A stretch of 64,000 nucleotides of DNA from Nageia nagi (lineage: Eukaryota; Plantae; Pinophyta). Shown piece by piece: positions 13,779 to 28,635 of this stretch. Each line of letters opens with the position of its first letter. Position 1 is the stretch's first letter. The notes under the pieces are model-generated. The model was not told where the DNA came from, made no database searches, and worked only from the letters and a program-made list of their open reading frames with translations. Position numbers and translations under genes: made by a program. The stretch is taken from the NCBI GenBank assembly GCA_050084985.1, contig JBITNC010000001.1, forward strand, positions 159,030,001 through 159,094,000, written 5' to 3'.

Positions 13779-14850
13779 CACTACTACATTTTAGTGATTT
13801 TGTGTCATACTAGACATCATATAATTACATTTTGTCATGTCTACATCAATTTATATAAAACCAATTTTTTTGATGTATTGGTAGACATATGGATCGATGT
13901 ATTGTTTAACATTTTAATTGATGTATTGATTGCATCAAAAAATACATCAATTTAAACAAAGAATAGAAAAAAAAAGCATGGATCATGGCATGATTTGCTA
14001 TCAATCATGCATTTATTCCCTTAATACATGATTAATTTTTAATGGTGAGTATGATGCCATTAATGAGTGAATGAAGGAGCTTTCCCTTTATAAGTTCATT
14101 TTTGGTGATATATGTGTGCAAGAGCTAAAGACATGTTGAAGAACATAGAGATTAGTGTGTATCTATATTTTTAGTAAGCAAAATGTGCATTGCATGCTGT
14201 AACTGCTTGTAAAGTTTGGTAGATTCCTATGAATTTGTATGGATTCTCATGAAGTGTTTGAATATATTACCTAACAACACATATTCTCATGGAATATGAT
14301 AATTTCAAGTGAAAAAATACATAGCTTCCCTCAACATACATTGAAATCATTTCACCAAATGCAATAAACACTAGCAATAGTCCAACTAGATGAATTCACC
14401 TTTCCAAGCATCCTCAAAGCATGCACCAAACTAAGAGATTTGCAAAAGGGTTTATACATACATCAAAGACTCTTTAAAATTGGATTTTTTTTGCATGTTG
14501 AGGTTGTGAGTGCCCTAGTAGATATATATGCAAAATGTAGAAGTGTAGAGAAGACACACGAATTGTTTGATAAGATGCATGATGCAAACAAGAACTCTTC
14601 ATCAACCATGCATCCTATTATTTTGACATTAAAAATGATGCTTTATACATCCCATATAATGTTGATTATTTAATGATCAGAACATCGATATTTGACATAA
14701 TGAATTATGTTATAATTGATGCAAAAAAATGACATTTTGTTTGACAGTATCCTTAGCATCAATTGATACATCATGATTTATACATTTTTTTTTAAATAAT
14801 ACTATGGATTGAAACATGGTATGACACAAAATTGGTTATGTGTAGTAGTG
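13779..14850. mobile_element. Non-autonomous Pack-CACTA element
   Basis: Termini CACTACTACA.../...TGTAGTAGTG, extended inverted match ATTTTGTGTCATAC, 3-bp TSD ATT (13776-13778, 14851-14853); no transposase. Confidence 0.92.
14365..14600 (+). pseudogene. Captured PLS-class PPR fragment (P-L-S motif portion)
   Basis: Translates to VQLDEFTFPSILKACTKLRDLQKGLYIHQRLFKIGFFLHVEVVSALVDIYAKCRSVEKTHELFDKMHDAN. Confidence 0.9.
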
Positions 14851-16009
14851 ATTATTTTGTTCTACATTAAAATCTCTCTCCTTTTCATCCAGTTGGTTAT
14901 GTGAGTTGTAATGTTCTTGAGAATGAGTAATGTTATGTTTTTTTCTAAATCTTTGGTTGTTTACATATGAATTATTCCATACCTTCTTGTATGAATATGA
15001 TGAACGTAGGAAAATATGTTTGTTGATTAAATATATTTAATAAAGATTATAATGGGGTTATATGTTACTTTTACCATACCTACCTGTGTGATACATTACG
15101 ATTGAGTTGTATGAACCTATGATCTTATTAATTTGCATTTTAGGTGAGTCTCCTATGTCTTTTTTGTGATCTATATTATACTCTTCTTCCCAATGCATTA
15201 TGTTGGGTATGTTTTGGTTATTTTTCTCTATTACATTCTACATGTGTGTCATTCGTGAGTAAGTGATTGCTAAGAATGTAAGTCTATGAATTACTTTTGT
15301 ATTATTGAATTGTGTATTTGAAGAAATACTTATTATATTTAAATATTTAGGTAGTCTTTAAAGATTCGCTATTACAAAAATACCATTGAGCATCATCCAT
15401 GGTGTCACTAAATGGAGAAAAAAAATTTTGACATCAAAAAGTATAATCCAATATCACATCACATTAGTATATATATTCTTGAAATATTTGGATATTATGA
15501 TGCTAAAATCGATGCTAAACATATCTCTAATGATGATGCCAAAATTATGAAAAAAATGATGTTAATGATGTTACCTTTGGTTACGTATTCTATATCCATT
15601 AGTGATTCTAATAAGGATATTAATGATGCCAATGAGTAATATTTTTTCCAAAAATATTTGAATATTCCATTGCTATAACCATCACTATAAAAGTAACCAA
15701 TCATAATGCAAAAATAATGGATAGGAAATGTTAATGATTTCTCTTTCGATCACATCGTCCATCTCCATTAGTGACACCATAAATGATGCCAAAAGTCTCT
15801 AATAGTGATGCTAAATGGTAGACATGCCATCCATCACTATATGTCACTCGTACAGAAAGTGGAAAAAAAATGAACTGTTTAATGCTCAACCCTATGTGCA
15901 ACACCATAGGTGATGTCATTACCATATTATTCACATTTATATATGTTTAAGTTTAAAATTATTGTTATCAACTTTGTTAGATAGATGATGCCATTTATAA
16001 GTGTGATAA

Positions 16010-16750
16010 TGTTGATTTTAGTGAAGAAAATTTTATCTTCTATAAGTGTGACTTTTGGGTTACAATGGGAATGTGTGCATTGGGGATAACTATATTTAGA
16101 TAAAAGGATAATTATGATTTGATGAATTGGATAAGTTTAAATTACCATTTATATTGTTATGATAGTTATCGTATGTATGAAATTCGAATTTTAAGTTTAG
16201 TTAAGAGTTTCTATTCCATGATGTGGATGATTTAATATGGCCAATTAGCATCTTACACCAACAAGGTGAAACTTAAGCGATAATGCTTTATGCATACATT
16301 GTTACCATGTTATGTATGCAATTAAAAATAAGTTATCCTAATGCAAATGTAAGCAAATGCATGATATCATTTGTAAGCATTGATTTCAATAAAGAAAATT
16401 TATCATCTATAAGTGTTGATTTCATATTGCAATGGACATGCATTGGGGGTAATTATATATAGATTAAAATATAATTGTGATTTGATGAATATAAGCAATT
16501 TAAAGTACCTTTTATACTATTATGATAGTTAAATACTTAAAGTACATATGAAATTTTAGTTTTGAGTTTAGTCGAGAGTTTCCATTCCATGATGTGGATG
16601 ATTTAATTTGGTCAATTAGCAGCTCGCACCAATAGGGTGAAACTCAACTGATAATTTTTTATGCATATATTATCATACATTGTTAATATGTTACATATAT
16701 ATTAAAAATAAATTACACTAATGCAAATGTAATCAAATACAATATGCCAT
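16010..16750 (+). repeat. Tandem duplication of ~370 bp (2 copies)
   Basis: 16010-16375 aligns with 16378-16750 (e.g. ATTCCATGATGTGGATGATTTAAT in both). Confidence 0.8.
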
Positions 16751-16849
16751 ATAAAAATATAAATCATAATATTAAAATGCTTCCACTTCACTTTATTAAT
16801 CATTTAAATTCTGTTATCATCTTCATCAATAGGACATACAATATATTTT

Positions 16850-18150
16850 TCTCTAGGATAACAATCAATTAGAAATAACATTTTATACTCTGATACATCT
16901 TTACAAAAAAATATTTAATGTCAATGTTGCAATAAAATATAAGGCTCTTTATCTTCAGGTAAATATTTTATGGAGTCGATTGCATGATAACCACTAGGTC
17001 TATCATGCAAGGTTCTTCTCCTATTAAATCCTTCAAACCATTTACATTCAAATACTAAATATTTGAATTACCTATAATTCAATTGAATTATTTCTTGAAA
17101 TTTTATAATATATTGTAATGTTCCTTCTATCAAGTTTGTATCTCTTCTACTTGCATGACTTGCTTGATCAAAATCAACCATTATTCCATAGCCAAATGTC
17201 TTTCTTTTCTTATCATTCTTTTCAATTTTGGAGTGTTGATCGTATTCCTACATTGTAGAGAAAGACAATGTTTGCACACATTTACAAAAATATTTATATT
17301 AGCTATGAATGTCTTACAAAAATATTAAAAATTAAATAACTCTAAATAAAATGATAATTATGTTTTATCACATACAATGATTATAATTAATCCATCTTCA
17401 TATATATCTTTTCCTTCTCTTTATTTCTCTTCAATTGCTTGCTTCATCCATGATATTGTACACTCATTTGGCCAACTTTCATCTCTTATATGTGGAGGTA
17501 GAGGACCCCTTGGATTGTGACTATGAAACATGATATGTTCTCTTGGAAGTGTATTTTTGTTACTCTTGTATAATTCAATCAATACTTTATAACATTCCAT
17601 ATTTATCATGAAAAATTGGTTTATATAATTGAATATGTCATGATCTAATGTAAATTCATAACAACATAATATATATTCATTATTAACCATTGATTAAATT
17701 AAATCCAAAATGCATGTATATTTTATTATAAATTACTAATATTCAAAAACAAAATGTACCTTTAAGAGATTATCGTATCCCATTTGTTTCTAAAACCTCA
17801 CCTTCTAATTTTTCTAGTATTTTTCTAGATTTCACATCTTTAGGGTAGAATCATCAATTTGGAAAACACACACAATTGCATAAAAATTATGATTCTTGTA
17901 CAATGTATCTCTCACCCATAGATCCTCTTGGTCATGCTTTTTTTCTAACAAATATTCTTAGTACTTTAAAAAATCTCTCTACAAAAAAGATATTTTCATA
18001 CCTAATAGCTTCTGATAGAGTACTTGATTATGTGACAAATAGATTGTACTTAAGAATGAATGTGCAAGGAATGCATCATTCTTCGATTAGATGTTCGTTC
18101 ATGCCTACAAAAACTTCATTCTCCAAGATATGTTAATCCTATATTAAATT
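16850..18150 (-). pseudogene. CACTA TnpD-type transposase C-terminal remnant (DUF4218/DUF4216-like)
   Basis: Minus-strand peptides ERFFKVLRIFVRKKA*PRGSMGERYIVQE (cf. ERFMKVLKGYVRNKARPEGSIAEGY) and ECKWF...DKEPYILLQH; many stops. Confidence 0.8.
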
Positions 18151-18439
18151 TTATACCACATGTAACTATAAGATTCATGATTTACAAGGTAAGTATGTTA
18201 ATGCTAAGAAATGATAGTGCAAGCATTGGTTAGCCAATGTGGATGCAAATGTTAGTCCATAATGAATTTGGTCACCAAATATTTTGGTAATGAATTCAAA
18301 TGGAAAGAGGAGATGGAATTTCATGTTTTGGAGAGGTTGGAGGAAGAAAGTGGTAGTTAATTATCACATGTCTCATTAATTATGTCCTATTTTGATTTTA
18401 AATAGGCCCAAATTATTTTCATTTATCACTTTCACTATT

Positions 18440-20470
18440 TGTAATCAAAGCTCTGATCCAAGAAGGGTTTGGTGAGCCTAGTGAGGTGATGTGAGCATTA
18501 TGGGTGATCAATATTGCAAGGTAAATGATATTATTTATGAATGGAATTAATTTAGGTCAATTTTATGAATGTAGTTTCATCAATTTCTTATGGATCCTGA
18601 GCCCATATCCTAGAGATAAAATAAGTATATAGCATGGAAGGATAAGATCACTAATGCCATATGTGTGAGTGGAAAAGAAGCTACTAATAACCCTCATGGA
18701 GAGATGATATGATAGGACCAATACCTTCCACCTTCCTATTAGGAAGATCCCTATTGTATCAATGGACTAACATAGGATCTTACAAGAAACCATGAAGGGC
18801 TAGCCCATATTCTTTGAGAAAGAGATGATGGATACATAGTGCAATTCATCCATGAAATGGCTCACTAGAATTGAGGGTTACCATGAAGGGAATATAGGTG
18901 CCTTCATTCATCATTCCTTTAGAGGTAATATGAAGAGCTTTAGGTGAGTTTTATTGATCATGGTAGTATACATAGATAGCATTATCTATCCATATAAGAA
19001 CAATTAGGTCTTCCCACTTGGTTTGATATGGGTCATTTATAAGATGAAATTGAGTCATCGATAAGTGTGGGAACCTTATATTATAGCTCAAATTTACCAT
19101 AATTTGCATAATTTTATCATCATGGAAAAGAGTGGCATATTTGTTTATGCTTTAATTCTAGGCTTATGAGTATAATGCACTAGCTTGACCAAGAAAGCTT
19201 CATATGCATGGTATGGCTCTATAGCATCCGATGTGGTATCCATGGGCTAAGATTGGGAAGATCACATGTATCCATAAGACCATGGAGGCTAACCAAAATT
19301 TCATTGATGGGTTTATGGTTGGTAAGTATATTTCCATAAAGAGTGTAGCATTTAGTTTTATTTATTGGTTTATTGGGTAAGGAAGCAAATTGGCTTATAA
19401 CTTTGGGTTTTGCAGGAGATGTGATTTATAGACCATATGCAAGGATACCTTATTGGCCGAATGATCCAAGGGATGAGCTAGATTAGTAGCATATGCCATG
19501 CTATCGAAAGACACATAAGATATTTATGGATCTTTATAGACCTAGGATGGTTATGAGATAGTTCAATAAGAGATAATTCATTCCTCCAAAATGCAAGTTT
19601 ATGATGAGGACGGGTAGGTATAGGGAATATGATCCTAACCTATATGATACACCTCCCAAGTGGGAGGTATATTGACATCCTCCCCATGATCATGGATCAT
19701 GGAGTGATTTTGATGATGAGGAAGCTAAGCCACCAAATTGGCCTCTTTTTTACCAGACTTACTTAACATGGTGGGCTGGGGCTAGACCAGATCCACTCAT
19801 ACTAAATGGATTGGAGCACCTAGCAAAGGCTATGAAGGGTGAGGTGGATGAGGGAGAGAAGTAAGATGGAGATGAGGAGGAAGAAGAGAATAAATATATG
19901 TAGATGGAGAATCCACCATAGCAAGAGGAACATGGAGGATTGAATGTGCCCATTGGAATTCCCATCATGAAGACCCAACAATAGCTTAAAAATGAGCTCA
20001 ATAAGTATGCTTCTTTGTGTACATGCAAGTTAGTACTTTTAAAAAAATACTATAACTAACATGAATGCTTTGTTTTGTTTTTCCAAATCAAATAAAATTA
20101 GATCTATATTCAAAGAAAGCAATAAGATAACAAGCTGAGGATGCACTAGCTATCTTGAAGGAGGAGACTATTGCCAAATACAGGGAGATAGAGGGGTTGA
20201 AGGTTAGACTTACATTTTTAAAGCAGAGCATGGAGATATTACAAAAAATTCATGAGGATGAATAGGATAATAACTTCAAGTTCTATCATATAATAAGAAG
20301 ATTAATGATCTAAAAAATGAGAAAGGATACTTACAAGCTCAACTTATAGCACTGGAGTATCAGACTGGACTAAAGAGGCCAAGTTTCGATAGGATAGCCT
20401 CTAGGTTAAAGAGTTTTAGGATTGCTAGGACTCACTATGGTACCACTAATGATGTTAGCATAGGGAATTA
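18440..20470 (+). pseudogene. Intron-containing plant mobile domain (PMD, MAIN/MAIL-like) gene remnant
   Basis: LMER*YDRTNTFHLP (18693-18738), VWEPYIIAQIYHNL, and DVIYRPY after a GTAAGT...TTTGCAG intron (19322-19415). Confidence 0.75.
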
Positions 20471-20559
20471 ATAATGACTTAGTTGTATGGATGGATGTAT
20501 TTGGAAAAGATAAGGTAACACCCTATTTTTTTATTAATATAATTGAGATATATTATTAT

Positions 20560-23500
20560 TGTATACACATCAAAATGAACCTTTATGTTTTTAATAAATA
20601 ATTTTAATCTCTTAATAGATTATTATGTAAAAAGGTATTAAAAAATATATAAAAGAGGTGTAGGCCATGTATTTGACCCTTGTGAATTGTACAAGGGGTC
20701 AAAATATCAAATTCACGTAAACTTGTATCATATATAAAGGCATCATTTGATGACCTATAAATCATGAGAAATCATGGGCTAATAATCATTTCAAGCTAAT
20801 ACAAGTATTATCAATTGAAGATCATTTGAAGGATTGCAACTTGCTTTGCCTATCTATATTGTGCATCTATTATTCTATAAGTTCACATGTATATTCATCA
20901 TCTAATTATTTGCTAATTTGCTCATCGCTACATTCTTGTTCATGTTTGTAATTCCACTCATCTTATAGCATTAATGGCATGCCAATTCTAGGGCATCAAT
21001 GGTGTACTTGTTCATGAATATATGCTCTATCTTTTATGCATTTTATGATTAAAAAAATGAATATAGAATCTAAGTAAACACTACTACATTCTTGCTACAT
21101 ATTATAGCCATATTTTTTATTTTAATATTTACAAAGTAGAGAAATAGTGCATTAATCAATCCCACTTGCATTAATCGCATTATTTAGCCACTACATTTGG
21201 TGAACCTGAATGCTAGATTTATCTTACCCTAGAGGCAAGATCATGCTAACCCTTATTATCAGGATCAAGCTACCAGCATTATATATTTCTATCTTTAGGA
21301 AGCCAATGATGTTAATATGGATCAACTCATAGCCATGCTTCAAGATCTAAACATGAATATTCTGCATTTGTGAAGAGAGATCATTGTAAATAACAATCCA
21401 GGTTCCAGCTTGACTAATCCAAGAGATTCATCTGATACCACACCATCCAATCCTAATGACTATGATGGTATTTTTGTTTCACCTTTTATGAATGAAATAC
21501 ATAATTTTCCCCTACCAACCTGATCATAAGACCCCCAAGTTTGAAATTTTCAATAGCAAATAGGATCCCATGCAGCATCTCATTAGCTTTCAAGAGGAGT
21601 GCTTGTTGAAACTAGGTTCGAATGATAGCTTAATGGCTAAATTCTTCCCAAGGAGTTTGAAAGGTGATGCTACTCAATGGTTCTACTCTCTACCTAGTAA
21701 GTCTATTGATTCCTTCAAAACCTTAGTTCGAATATTTATGGTCAATATAAGCATAATATTAAATAACAAGGCAATATATCAAAATTATGTGCACTTCATC
21801 AAGTAATTAATGAAACCATAGAAAAGTATGTCTTGCGCTTCAAAAAGGTATGGCAAATTACTCAAGTTATACTAGATGAATCTAATATTTGTGGCATATT
21901 TCATGAATCTATTATATCTTTACTTCAATTACATGCTCCTAGTGCTAAGGATGTTAGTTTTAGTACTCTAGTTTAACAATTAGTACAAAAAGATAAAGTT
22001 TTATTATCTATAGGAGAGCTTAAATATACATCTAACAATTTTTCAAAGATAATAGGAAATCATATGCCAAAAAAGAGGAGAAACTAGTTAATATGGTGGA
22101 TAAACCCAAGACTCTTCCAAAGGCAAAAAGATCTACTTCCTCTAAAGAGATGAACTACACATTTCCAATTCCACCAAGAATTATTTTAAGGGACTTAATG
22201 AAGAAAATTTCCCTACACCCACTTGAAAAATTTGATGATGATACCCCTTTGGGACACTTTGAGGCATATTGTGCTTATCATCAACAAAAAAGGCATGCTA
22301 CAAATTCTTGCAAAACATTGGAAGTAGCTTATCATAGTCCTCAGAGAACAAGGAAGGTACGATATTGATGAATGTATTGCTAAACAAGGAGATGCCATCA
22401 ATGTGGTCGCAATAGTCAAAGAGGTGTGTACTAACTTACAAATAGGACTTCCACACAATGTTCCAAATCCAATTACCACTCAATAAGTAAGTATCCCACC
22501 TAATCCTAAATTTTACAGTATGATTGATCAATTAAAAAATACACCAGCCAAGATTAGCTTTTATGATCCCATTTCTACTTCTCAAGCTCATAGGGATGTT
22601 TTATATGCTTTATGTAAGAATGAAATTATTCCTACTAACATTTCAATGGCTACATTTTTTAATAAGCTCCAAACTATTAGGGAAAGTGACACTATCTCCA
22701 TTCATAAGTCTAAAATACTCAACCATAAACTACTAGATGAGTGTGCAACTTTATATATCACCCCTATGGTAGATGAATGGGAAGTCACCAGGATCATGGT
22801 AGATAATGGTTCAATTGTGAATGTATGTTCTAACCATTTTTTGACACAATTACAAGAAAAATGGGTAATAATCCCCCTTTAGAAGAAGCTACTTTCAAAA
22901 TTAGAACCTATGATAGTTCTTATAACAAACCACTAGGCATAGCTATCATCATGATTACCACATGAGTTAGAACTATTCCAACCAAGTTTCAAGTAGTTAA
23001 TTCTAAGTTAACTTATAACATGCTTTTAGGAAGACCTTGGATCCATGATATGGATGTTGTTCCTTCTACATTACATGGTATATCGAAATTTGAATTCCAA
23101 GGAGAAGTACATAAAATCTTGACTGAGCTTGAGCCTCATGCACTATGCAATGCTTTTGACTTTGAAGAGATGGCCTTGGTTTCACCACTTTTCGAAATAG
23201 AACCCTTGGATGATCCCACACTAGGGGAAAATATAGATAAATAGGTACAAATCATAGAAATAGGTATGGAAACTTAAAAAATAGATGATATAGACTTATT
23301 TGCATCTATTAAAGACTTGAGATAGCCTCAAATATTGGTTATTTCAAGCCACCAATGCTATGTTGTTCTACATACAAGGTGCCAGCACTATATGAATGAG
23401 GATGTTAGTGACCCTTCCAACTCTATTTTGTTTGAAATAATGAACCAATCTTTTTAAGGTGATGTACTTGCATATTTTGAATTAGGTAAAACCTTTCCTT

Positions 23501-26500
23501 CTACTTTTGTTCAAAAATATATGCTTAACAATTGCAAGTACAAAGGAGGAGGTTTAGGTAAAACTGAGTAAGCTATGTCTAATTTGTCTATTTTTCTAAA
23601 AACATAACTTACTAAGATAGGTCTAAGTAGTGATGGAAAGGTCAATCAAAATTAGGGTCCCATACAGTTTGTTAAAACATCCATTATGATAGAATTATTT
23701 GATGAAATTGATGAATATATGTGGATTGATCATAACTTGCCTCTTGTCTTTGATTGTTTCAATACTAGTGATGATTTGCTTGAATACTTGGGGGCACATT
23801 TAGAATTTCCCAAGTCTAACGAAAAACTTCATGCCTCTTATATGCTTCATGAATATGCTTACTTTGGCCAAGAGGTCAATTTTCATGATGTGCTATAGGT
23901 TCAGCCCTTACAAGAAGCTGATATTGTTGATCTTAGTATGGAGGATTTTCCATCATTATTACCAACAAAGAAGGATCTCATCTTCCCAGAAGAAGAGTTG
24001 CTAAACATTAACATCAATACTATAGATAAGGAGAGATTACTTCAAATTGGAGCAACCCTAGCCTCTTCCAAGCAATAAAGGTACAAATCTAAATTCATCA
24101 CATATTCTAAAAAAATTACTTCATCTTATGATGATATGCTTGGGTTAGATCCTTCATTTGTTATGCATAATTTGCCATTAAAAGCAAATGCCAAACTAAT
24201 TAAATAAAAGACTAGAAAAAATGCATTCTTCTAAGGCCTTATTAGTCAAAAAAGAGATTGAAAAATACTTGCAAGTAGGATTCATAGAGCCTATTTATTA
24301 TTCCAAGTGGCTATTTAACATTGTTTCTATTACTAAACCAACTAGTGAAATACAGGTATATACCAATTTTCATGATATCAATAATGCTTGTCCTAAGGAT
24401 TATTTTTCATTACCTAATATTGATAAGATTGTTGATAGCATATTTGGTCATGATATGTTGTCATTTGTGGATGGTTTTTCTAGTTATAATCAAATCTTAA
24501 TTAATCCTATTGATTGACATAAAATTGCTTTCACAAATCCTTGGGGAAATTATTTTTGGAAGGTTATGCCTTTTGGATTAAAAAATGTAGGTGCTACATA
24601 TCAAAGAGCCATGGTTAGTATGTTCCATAAGCATATTCACAAAATAGTGGAGGTTTATGTTGATGACATTTTTGTCAAATCAAAGCAAGGTCAAGACAAT
24701 CTCCAAACCCTTGAAGAGGTATTTGACATTTTGCAAAGGTACAACCTAAGACTTAAACCTTCAAAATGTGAATTTGGAGTTGCTTCCAAAAAATTGTTAG
24801 GGTTCATGGTTTCAAATAGAGGAATTGAAGTAGATCCTAAGAAAGTAAAAGCCATTATTGACATGCCTCCCCCTAGAAACATGAAATAATTTAGAAGCTT
24901 TCAAGGAAAGATAAATTCAATTAGGAGGTTCATCTCACAACTAGGGGACAAGTGTAGACCATTCACTCACTTACTTAAGAAGGATGTCAAGTTTGCATGG
25001 GATATGAATTTCCAAAAAGCATTTGAAGATATCAAATAATAATTTTTTAACCCCCTATCCTTGTTCCATGGATTTTTCCCAATGTGCTTACTTGTATGTT
25101 TTAGCCTCTTTGTATGCCATAGGAATCATGTTGTGTTAAAAAACTAAAAAATAACAAAGAAAGGGTTCTATTATCTAATCAAGAAATTGGTTGATTATGA
25201 GACAAGGTACACTCCTATGGAGAAGATTTGCTTTGCTATGATATTTACCACTAAAAAAATTAAGGCATTACTTGTTATATTGCACCACATATGTTGTTAG
25301 TCTTGTTGATCCTTTAAAATATCTTGTGGCTAATAACATTTATCTGGTAGATTTACAAAGTGGATAATGTTATTGTAGGAATTTGATATTAATGTTGTAA
25401 AGAAAAAATATATTAAAGGATAGGTTACTGTAGATTTGATAGCAGATTTTCATCAAGGACGCAAGGAGGTGATCCATGAAGAATTTCTTGATAATTTTTA
25501 GAAGGAGCCACAGCACCAGTGACCTAATGACCTATCAATAAGGCACCATCAAGGTGAATTTGAAGAGATATCCATCCCTAATGAATATATTTGTCTTCTA
25601 GAGGATGACCCTATAGTATGGACCCTATATTTTGATGGTTCTAGATGCATTCATAGAGTAGGGGCAGGTATTATTTTGGTCTCCCCTACCAATCAAGTAA
25701 TTTCTATTGCCTATAAATTGGATTTCAAATGCACTAATAATATGGATTAGTATGAAGCTTTGATTCTAGGATTAAACATAGCTTTAGAACTAAAAATTAT
25801 AGACATAGAAATTTATGGGACTCATAGCTTGTTATCAACCAAGGGAAGGGTACTTATTATACTAAATATGAGAATATAAGGCCTTATAGGGTGGTTGTGA
25901 TTGAGTTGTAGGATAAGCTTGATAGGTATACTATTGAGACCATTCTTAGGACTAGTAATAGATATGCAGATTCTATGGCAGGCGTAGCCTCTTTGGTATC
26001 AATTGATCTTGAAGATGAGGATACCATTCTCACTATCTGTAAGTTAAGTTCTCCATCTTACATAACTCATCTTTATTCTATTTTTTCATCTCTTGTTTCC
26101 AATTATGATGCTTTTCAAGACTATTATTTTGATATCTATAACTACTTAAAAGACCAAAGTGTTCTTTCTAGTTATACTAAGAATGATAGACCAAGACTGA
26201 AAAGGACCGCTATGAAATATGTTATCATTGGTGATATTTTATATAGAATATCCTTTGATGGTTATTTGTTGAGATGTTTAACACAATATAAGATAGCTAT
26301 TGCTTTATAGCAAGCTCATGATGGATTATGTGATGGCCATTTTCATGCTAAAGATCTTTATACAAAGATCTTGAGAATAGGTTACTAGTGGTCCATTATG
26401 GAAGAATATTTTCAAACTCATGTGAAAGTATGTGTGTCATGCCAAAAGCATGCAAACTTAGAAAAATAGCCCACTCAATAGCTCAATTCCATTATTTCTC

Positions 26501-28634
26501 CATGGCCTTTTGCTACTTAAGGCATAGATTTGATTGGCATGATTAATCCTCATTCTAGAGAAGGACACAAATTTGTCATCACAACTACAAAATATACTAC
26601 CAAGTGTGTAAAACATATCCCTATGAAATTAATCACACAAGAAAAGATTATTGCATTCCTTATAGAATACATCATCACTAGATTTGGTGTGCCACAATAA
26701 TGGTCCAAATATCAAGGACAAGGATATGCAAACATTTTGTAAAAAGTTTCACATCACACAAATCTTTTCTTCAATTTACTACTTTCAAAGTAATGGGAAA
26801 ATTTAAGCAACAAGAAAGACACTTAAGAGCATTCTTACCAAAACATGGGATATGTACAAAAGAGATTGGCATGAGCAATTGCCATATGCATTATGGGCCT
26901 AAAGAAATAGTGTCTGAATAGTCATGGGGGCAACCCCCTTTTCATTGGTATATGGAGATGAGGTCATTGTCCCACTTGAGTTAGAGATTCCTTTTCTTAG
27001 GATCTCATTACAAGGTGATATTTCGGATGAAGGTGCAAGAAAAGCAATATTGTAGTAGCTAGAGATGTTAGATGAAAAAAGAATTAGAGCCACTGAGCAT
27101 CAAAAGGTATACCATGCCAAACTTAAGAGATAATTTGGCAAGAATATAAAATATAAGGAGTTAAAAATAGGATACCTAGTATTACAAGAGAATACCAACA
27201 AAATAATAGCAAATGAGGAGGCTAAAGAAAATTTGAACCCAATTAGTTATGCCCATATGTTGTTGTTGATGCAACAAGATCTAAAGCATACAAGTTATCA
27301 ACATTGGCTAGTAAGTAAGAACCAAAAACCATCAATGCCATCCATATCAAGCATTTTTATTCTTGAAAAGCATAGCTTTATGCCCCTACAAAATAATTCA
27401 TATCAAATGCAGGGGCATAATTTCCTTTTATTCTATGTATAGATCCACGCAAAACATGATGTCGATGGCATGCTTAAGTGTCAACATGACACCAATGGCA
27501 TGTAATAAAAAAATAAATGATAGTCTAATATCTTCAAATCATGGACATAAAAAACATGATCACCAATGACCAATGATACAATTAGTGAGAATTCATTCAC
27601 TTAAAAGATAAATCGATAATACAAACATGAGTAATTTATTGATATTGGATCATCTCTAATGGATGATACATTTTACTATGTATCCACATGGTTTTTACTT
27701 TGAACCCATATAAAGCATACTATCTTTGGATCATAGAAATGCAAATGTATGATCATCGATGGCCAATGATATGGCTAGTGAGAGTTCACTCACTAAAAAG
27801 ATAAACTGATAATACATCAATGAGCAATTTGTTGACATTGGATCATCTCCACTAAATGATACATTTTACTATGTATCCACATGATTTTTAATTTGAACCC
27901 ATCTAAAGCATACTATCTTCATATCATAGACATATAAATGTATGATCATTTATGGCCATTGATATGGTTAGTGAGAGTTCACTCACTTAAAAGATAAACC
28001 ATTGATGCAACTATAAGCAAGATGTTGATATTGGATCATCTTCAATGGATGAAATAAATTATTGTACATCCATCATTATTTTATGACTAACATTTTATTG
28101 TAGGTACATAGCTCCAACAAAATAGAAGAAAATTATAGTCAAAACTAGGGCACCAATGTCATGCTCATAATCTGTTGGGCCATCGATGATGTACTTCTCA
28201 TTTTTATTTCCACCAATCCAAAGCATATCCTCTTTGTTTTGAGGCATGGATGTAAGTGCGAATGGTTCCCAAGTATCATTCATGATGGAATAGCCAGATT
28301 CATGATTGAAATAGTATAAATAAGGCACATCATATCTTCCATCTCCATCCTTGGATATGGATTTCTACATTCATCCAAACATTATTCTTGAAGATAGCTT
28401 ATTTAGTAGCTTTTTCCTTGGCTACTCCACTTAAGGATCTTTGCTAGGGAATCCAAGATAAAAGGGGTGCAGCATAAAGACCCTCAACATCATTCATTCA
28501 TTCTCTTTAGCAAAAGATAACATCAACAAAAAAATTTAAAAAAAAAATTCTTCTATTTCTTAGCTACACTTCTTCTTTAGACATGTAATTTCATTGCTTT
28601 AATCACACATCCAAAGAGGGGCAAATGTATACAC
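20560..28634 (+). mobile_element. Ty3/Gypsy Tat/Ogre-lineage retrotransposon, decayed; 3' LTR truncated after about 9 bp
   Basis: 5' LTR TGTATACAC...CACTACA (20560-21195) then PBS TGGTG; gag (FFPRSLKGDATQWF), protease (MVDNGS), G-patch-like (YKGGGLGK), RT (MPFGLKN, YVDD), RNase H, extra archaeal-type RNase H (WTLYFDGS...TNN), integrase; PPT AAAGAGGGGCAAA then TGTATACAC at 28626. Confidence 0.9.
27556..28080 (+). repeat. 193-bp tandem repeat (about 2.7 copies) in the Tat 3' UTR
   Basis: ATGATCA..ATG(A/G)CCA.TGATA...TAGTGAGA.TTCA.TCAC units start at 27556, 27749, 27942. Confidence 0.85.
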
Positions 28635-28635
28635 C

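Noticed and set aside
18440-20470. PMD as the Ogre-type ORF1 of the plus-strand Tat element
   Set aside because: It lies upstream of that element's 5' LTR and PBS (20560-21205), so it cannot be internal to it.
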